NCBI GenBank assembly: GCA_963792965.1
Contig: CAWBYW010000007.1
Span: 192,001 to 256,000 of the forward strand
Direction: 5' to 3'
Length of the DNA: 64,000 bases
Source: an uncultured delta proteobacterium
GTDB taxonomy: Bacteria > Desulfobacterota > Zymogenia > Zymogenales > Zymogenaceae
Shown one piece after another: positions 59,497 to 64,000 of this stretch; position 1 is the stretch's first letter, and each line of letters begins with the position of its first letter. The position numbers were made by a program, and so were the translations under genes. The notes beneath the pieces are model-generated. The model did no database searches, was not told the origin of the DNA, and was given only the letters and a program-made list of their open reading frames with translations.

Positions 59497-60224
59497 TGCC
59501 TGATCTCTTTGATGAAGGCGTAATCGGTCAAATCGAGATGGAGGGGGGTGATGGATATGTACCCGTGGGTAACGGCGAAAAAATCCGACTCGATGTCGTC
59601 CTCAAAGGCGATCTCCCTCGTATCGATCATGAACTTTTTCTTCCGGGACGAATCAACCCTCTGGACGGTCGAGTCGCTGTATATGCGCCTTCCCTGTCTT
59701 GTTATTCGATACGGGTTGTCACCATCCGCGATGTGGTCGGGCACGTTTACATTGAGGACGGTTTCCCCTGTGATTCCGCCCCCTTGTATATGTGCGATGA
59801 GATTTGCCACGAACTCCGCCGCCACGCCAAAATCGCGGCTCGTCTTCATTTCCAGCGACACGGCGATCGATGGGATATCAAGGAGCATCCCCTCAATCGC
59901 CGCGGATACCGTTCCGGAATAGAAGATGTCATCACCGAGGTTTGCCCCGTGATTGATACCGGACACGACGAGGTCGGGCCTGGTGGAAAAGATCCCGTTG
60001 ACCGCAAGGTTTACACAGTCCGCCGGAGTACCGTCGACGGCAAAGGAATCGACCCCGACCTTTTCCACCGACAGCGGCCGTCTGAGCGTCAGGCTGTGGC
60101 TCGAAGCGCTCTGTTCATGGCTCGGCGCTGCGATAAAAACCGCGTGATCTCTTTTCAGCCGTTTGGCCAGGGCCTTAAGGCCCGCCGAGGTGATACCATC
60201 GTCATTGGAAACCAGTATATTCAA
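59469..60224 (-). CDS. surE: 5'/3'-nucleotidase SurE
   Basis: NILVSNDDG, QSASSHS, GTPADCV, SGINHGAN, YSGTVSAA; TTG start at 60224 inferred. Confidence 0.95.
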   Translation of the reverse strand: MNILVSNDDGITSAGLKALAKRLKRDHAVFIAAPSHEQSASSHSLTLRRPLSVEKVGVDSFAVDGTPADCVNLAVNGIFSTRPDLVVSGINHGANLGDDIFYSGTVSAAIEGMLLDIPSIAVSLEMKTSRDFGVAAEFVANLIAHIQGGGITGETVLNVNVPDHIADGDNPYRITRQGRRIYSDSTVQRVDSSRKKKFMIDTREIAFEDDIESDFFAVTHGYISITPLHLDLTDYAFIKEIRQWKIKTALR

Positions 60225-60426
60225 TCGATAATCCGATAAGTCAATCTTAACGTGTAACGTTATCACATTGTGAGAGACGGGTCAACAGATTTCGGGAACA
60301 GCGCCCAGAAGACAAAAGCGGGGCCGGAAGATCCCAAGAAAAGACTATTTCTCCAATAAAATACTTCACATTGGCATTATTCTCCATTATAATGCCAACA
60401 AAATTCATAATAAAATAGGAGTTTAT

Positions 60427-61756
60427 ATGTCGGATGGATACACGGACGAAGGGTATCTCGTATCGAGGAAATACGCCTATTCTGTCTTTACTCTGCTATT
60501 CGTCATCTATATGGTCGACTATATTGACCGCTACGTTGTCTCCGGCCTCGTTCCCTACCTCAAAGCAACCGTCGAAAAGGGAGGACTCGGCTTTTCGGAC
60601 ACCCAGTGTGCGCTCCTGATGGCCGCGGTGTACTGGTCAATCGTTGTCCTCACGTTTCCGCTCTCCATCCTGTTGGATCGTTGGCGCAGGATGCGCAGCA
60701 TCGGAATCATGGTCACCCTTTGGAGCCTGGCGACCGGGGCTTGTGCCTTTGCGAAAAGCTTCCCCCAGCTCTTCACCGCTCGGGTTGGCGTCGGCGTCGG
60801 CGAGGCGGGATACGTGCCGGGGGGCTACGCCCTCATTGCGGCGTACTTCCCTGAAAAGAAGCGAGACCTCATGAACGGCTTCTGGAACGCATCGATCCCC
60901 CTCGGGGTCGTGATCGGGACGGTTCTCGGCGGATTCATTGCCGTGCACTTCGGGTGGCGGCACGCCTTCGGCCTCATGGCCATTCCAGGCCTCATCCTGG
61001 CCTTCCTCTTCTTTTTGACAAAGGACTATAAGACCGTCGAGCTGACCAAGACGGTCGCCCGTGCGGCAAAGCCGCCCGAAAAGATAAAGATGAAAGTACC
61101 TGATATCGTCAGGGAATTCCTGAACACGCCCGTCCCTCCTCTTTACCTTCTTCGGATACGTGGGAAATGTCTTCGTGACCAACGCCCTCCTCTTTTGGCT
61201 GCCCAGCTATTTCAATCGCATGGAGAACCTCCCGATGGACAAGGCAACGCTGAAGTCGTCGGTTATCTTCCTGCTTGCCATCCTCGGCGCCCCGATCGGC
61301 GGCCTGCTCACGAACCTCCTTCAGAAACGGATAAAAAACGCCCGCTTGAGCTTTCCGGCCGTAAGCTCCCTCATCTCGTGCGCCCTGCTTTTTAGCGCCT
61401 TCTACCTCGCGGGCGGAAAGGCTCAATACTACCTCCTGATAGCGCTGGGATTTATGACTCCGATGTTCGTGGCGGGGACCGCCGCCGTTACCCAGGACGT
61501 CGTCCACCCCGGCCTCAGGTCCATCTCGGCGAGCCTCAATATTGTCGTACAGAATCTCTTGGGCGCCTCCCTCGGTCCGCTCTTCGTGGGAGCGATCTCG
61601 GACCACTACCCGGATCCGCTCGTCGGTCTTCTGACCGGGTTCAAGTTCTTGCCCATTTTCTCGCTCTTCGGGGCGGCCTGCTTCTTGCTCGGGTCCTTTT
61701 TCTATGTGAGGGACCTGGCCAAGGTGGAGCGGGTGGCCATCGAGCCGGAACGATAA
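60427..61756 (+). CDS. MFS transporter (Spinster-like); extra C near 61129-61131
   Basis: DYIDRYVV, LDRWRR, ARVGVGVGEA, FGWRHAF; second half LGPLFVGAISD in the next frame. Confidence 0.88.
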
Positions 61757-61778
61757 TCAGTGCGTGACAGGAAAAGAG

Positions 61779-61811
61779 AAAGGCCGCGGTTTTGTAGCCG
61801 CGGCCTTTTTT
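61779..61811 (+). terminator. Likely bidirectional intrinsic terminator
   Basis: AAAGGCCGCGGT-tttgta-GCCGCGGCCTTTTTT between convergent MFS and iorB. Confidence 0.8.
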
Positions 61812-61835
61812 GTCTCTTTTCCGATTCCGGTTGTG

Positions 61836-62465
61836 CTATGACGCCTTGAGCGCCCGTATCCCCTCCTCGAAGGCCTCGATGTTCTTCTTAACATGCTTGG
61901 CAGAGACGTTTTCCCTGATTGCCTCCTCGAATTCCTCCACAGAGACGGGGACAACCCCCCATCCGGCAAAAGCGCCCATCATGATGATGTTTGCGAGAAT
62001 CGGCGTCTTTACCCGTAACGCGATTTCGGTGGCGTCGATGAAAATCGCCTCTTTGGAATTTTCGGCGATGATCTTCTTGAGATTTGCGAGATCGGGATAC
62101 TCGAAGGCTCCGGTGATGACGTCGACCGGATAGATGGGACGGGTATTGGAGAGGACACGGATGTCCGGGTTCCCGTATTCCCCCATGACCCGCAGCGCCT
62201 CGGCGGGTTCAAGCGCAATAATGTAGTGGGCCTTCCCCTTCGGGATGATCGGGGAGATTCCCCCGCGCCCGGTGACCCTGAGATGGCTCATCACGGATCC
62301 CCCCCGCTGGGACGCGCCGTAGGTCTCTCCGATGATGACCTCAAATCCCTTCTTCACCAACAGTCTCCCCAACAGCAGAGAGGCCAGTATATTGCCCTGG
62401 CCGCCGACGCCCGCGATGATGATGTTGAGCGGGTCGTGCTTCAGGGTATCGCCGTTATGCTTCAT
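61836..62465 (-). CDS. iorB: Indolepyruvate:ferredoxin oxidoreductase beta subunit
   Basis: NIIIAGVGGQG, ETYGASQRGGSVMSHLR, ALEPAEALR, ANIIMMGA. Confidence 0.92.
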   Translation of the reverse strand: MKHNGDTLKHDPLNIIIAGVGGQGNILASLLLGRLLVKKGFEVIIGETYGASQRGGSVMSHLRVTGRGGISPIIPKGKAHYIIALEPAEALRVMGEYGNPDIRVLSNTRPIYPVDVITGAFEYPDLANLKKIIAENSKEAIFIDATEIALRVKTPILANIIMMGAFAGWGVVPVSVEEFEEAIRENVSAKHVKKNIEAFEEGIRALKAS

Positions 62466-63999
62466 GGGAGACCTCCTTGATAATGGCGCCCTCGGGGCAG
62501 ATATCGGCGCAGACGCCGCATCCGGTGCAGATCACCTCGTCGATGCGGGCGACTTTCTTGGTGCGGTCCCAGATGATGCCCGGACACTTGAAAACCCGTG
62601 TGCAGAGGCGATTGCATCCGCACTTTTCGCCGAGGCATGCCGTCTCGTTGACGTGCACCTGGTATCTCTGCTCGTCCTTCTTGAGCCGATAGAGGCAGCA
62701 CTCCTGCCTCATGATGATCACCTTGATCCCCTCTTCGTCCTGCATGGTCTCCCAAACCCCCTGGATGCTCTCGCGGACGTCGAACGGGTCCATCACCTTC
62801 ACCTTGGCGCCCAGCGACTCACAGACTTTCTCGATGCTGAGGGGCCGTGTGGGAGATCCCATGGCGCCGATATCCGAGCCGGAGTGAGGCTGCGCCCCGG
62901 TCATGGCGGTCGTACTGTTATCCAGGATCACCATGGTGAAGTTCGCGTTCTGATGGGCGGCGTTGATGAGCGCAGGTACTACCGAATGGTAAAAGGTCGA
63001 ATCTCCGCTGACCGCCAGCACCGGCTGGTCAAGCCCGAACTGTTTCAGCTGCCCGAGGCCCGTGGCGAGACCGGACCCCGATCCCATGGCGTGGGTCGTT
63101 TTGAGGACCGAATATCCCTGGGGGCCCAGACCGATCGTATAACAGCCGATGTCTCCGACGATGAAGCCGTCGCGCCCGTCGAGCTTGAGGGCGTTCTTGA
63201 GGTCCCAGTAACTGGCCCGGTGTGGGCAGCCCGCGCAGAAGGTGAGCGCGCGGTAGGGAGAGTTGGGAAGGGCCAGCGACATGATCTTGGCCTGGTATTC
63301 CGGCTGGACCGGTACATACTGCGTCCCCATGATCGAGGCGATCGAGGCCGCAAGGATATCGGGCGAAAGCTCGTTTTCCTTCGGGAGATGGCCGCTGGCT
63401 TTTCCGAAGAACTCGACGATGCCGAGGTCCTTGACGTGGTTGGCGTACGCCTCTTTTACCGACGACTCCAAAAACGGGAGAACCTCTTCGGCAACGAGCA
63501 CCTTAGCCGTCCCCTTGAGGTTTCGGGCGATAAATTCCTCCGGGAGGGGAAAGGTCGTCCCGAGTTTGAGGACGCCCACTTTCTTGCCGAGATCCAGAAG
63601 GTTTACCGCCTCCTTGGCGTAAAGATAGGCCGCCCCGGACGCGATGACGATGAGCTCGGCTCCTTTGGGGCCCTCATAACGATTGAACTCGGCCTCCTCG
63701 AACTTGTCTTTGATGGCCGCCATCTTGTCGTGAAGAACCTTGTGCGTCCAGGGAACGGGGAAGGACAAGACGGTCCTGGCGGTATCGAAGTGAGCCTTCT
63801 TGTTGGCTTTCTGTATCTCCGAATAGACGACGTTCCCGCGGCCGTGGGAGATACGCGTGACACTCCTTATCATCACCATGAGGCCCGTCTCTTCGGACAG
63901 CTCAAAGGCGAACTTGGTCATGTCTTTTGCTTCCTGGAACCCCCCCGGCTCCAGCAGCGGAACCTCCAGCAGTCGCGAGAAGTACCGGGTGTCCTCCTC
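62455..63999 (-). CDS. iorA: Indolepyruvate:ferredoxin oxidoreductase alpha subunit (5' end outside window)
   Basis: FCAGCPHRA, GDIGCY, TPP motif GDSTFYHS..ILDN..TAMTG, C-terminal ferredoxin CTGCGVCADICP. Confidence 0.92.
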   Translation of the reverse strand, partial: EEDTRYFSRLLEVPLLEPGGFQEAKDMTKFAFELSEETGLMVMIRSVTRISHGRGNVVYSEIQKANKKAHFDTARTVLSFPVPWTHKVLHDKMAAIKDKFEEAEFNRYEGPKGAELIVIASGAAYLYAKEAVNLLDLGKKVGVLKLGTTFPLPEEFIARNLKGTAKVLVAEEVLPFLESSVKEAYANHVKDLGIVEFFGKASGHLPKENELSPDILAASIASIMGTQYVPVQPEYQAKIMSLALPNSPYRALTFCAGCPHRASYWDLKNALKLDGRDGFIVGDIGCYTIGLGPQGYSVLKTTHAMGSGSGLATGLGQLKQFGLDQPVLAVSGDSTFYHSVVPALINAAHQNANFTMVILDNSTTAMTGAQPHSGSDIGAMGSPTRPLSIEKVCESLGAKVKVMDPFDVRESIQGVWETMQDEEGIKVIIMRQECCLYRLKKDEQRYQVHVNETACLGEKCGCNRLCTRVFKCPGIIWDRTKKVARIDEVICTGCGVCADICPEGAIIKEVSHEA

Positions 64000-64000
64000 G

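Noticed and set aside
60253-60273. Short palindromes TGTAACGTTATCA and TCACATTGTGA upstream of surE as an operator
   Set aside because: Imperfect, single occurrence, no cognate regulator in the window

Overview
A 64-kb stretch of a bacterial chromosome with gene content and order typical of Deltaproteobacteria/Desulfobacterota (taxon inferred, not proven). It appears to span the replication terminus: a good XerC/XerD dif site lies at 12394-12421, exactly where gene orientation flips from + to mostly -, and GGGNAGGG (KOPS-like) octamers point toward it from both sides. Left of dif are a paaK end, an ACT protein and two Liv-type ABC modules, each ending in a divergent PaaK-like gene. Right of dif are a PUR-family nucleic-acid-binding protein, a third Liv module headed by an unannotated 54-aa lipoprotein, and mtaB-rnc-radical SAM-era-der. 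Next come an uncharacterised operon (orphan 190-aa ORF, two non-canonical Ddl-like ATP-grasp ligases, GNAT), then DUF62-nfi-slt-pyrK-pyrD-gammaCA and ligA-acyP-amrS. After these lie rsmI/rpmB, ispG-rel, phoB-phoR-pstSCAB-phoU, an IHF/HU gene and tRNA-Arg(CCT). The window ends with a Tat-exported GMC oxidoreductase, surE-pcm-dedA-LOG-nlpD-ade, an MFS transporter and iorAB. Eight genes carry single-base frameshifts that look like sequencing errors. No CRISPR array, rRNA, prophage or IS element was seen. The best candidates for undescribed biology are the ATP-grasp/GNAT operon with its repeat-bearing upstream ORF, and the motif-degenerate PaaK-like proteins coupled to tailed LivF ATPases.
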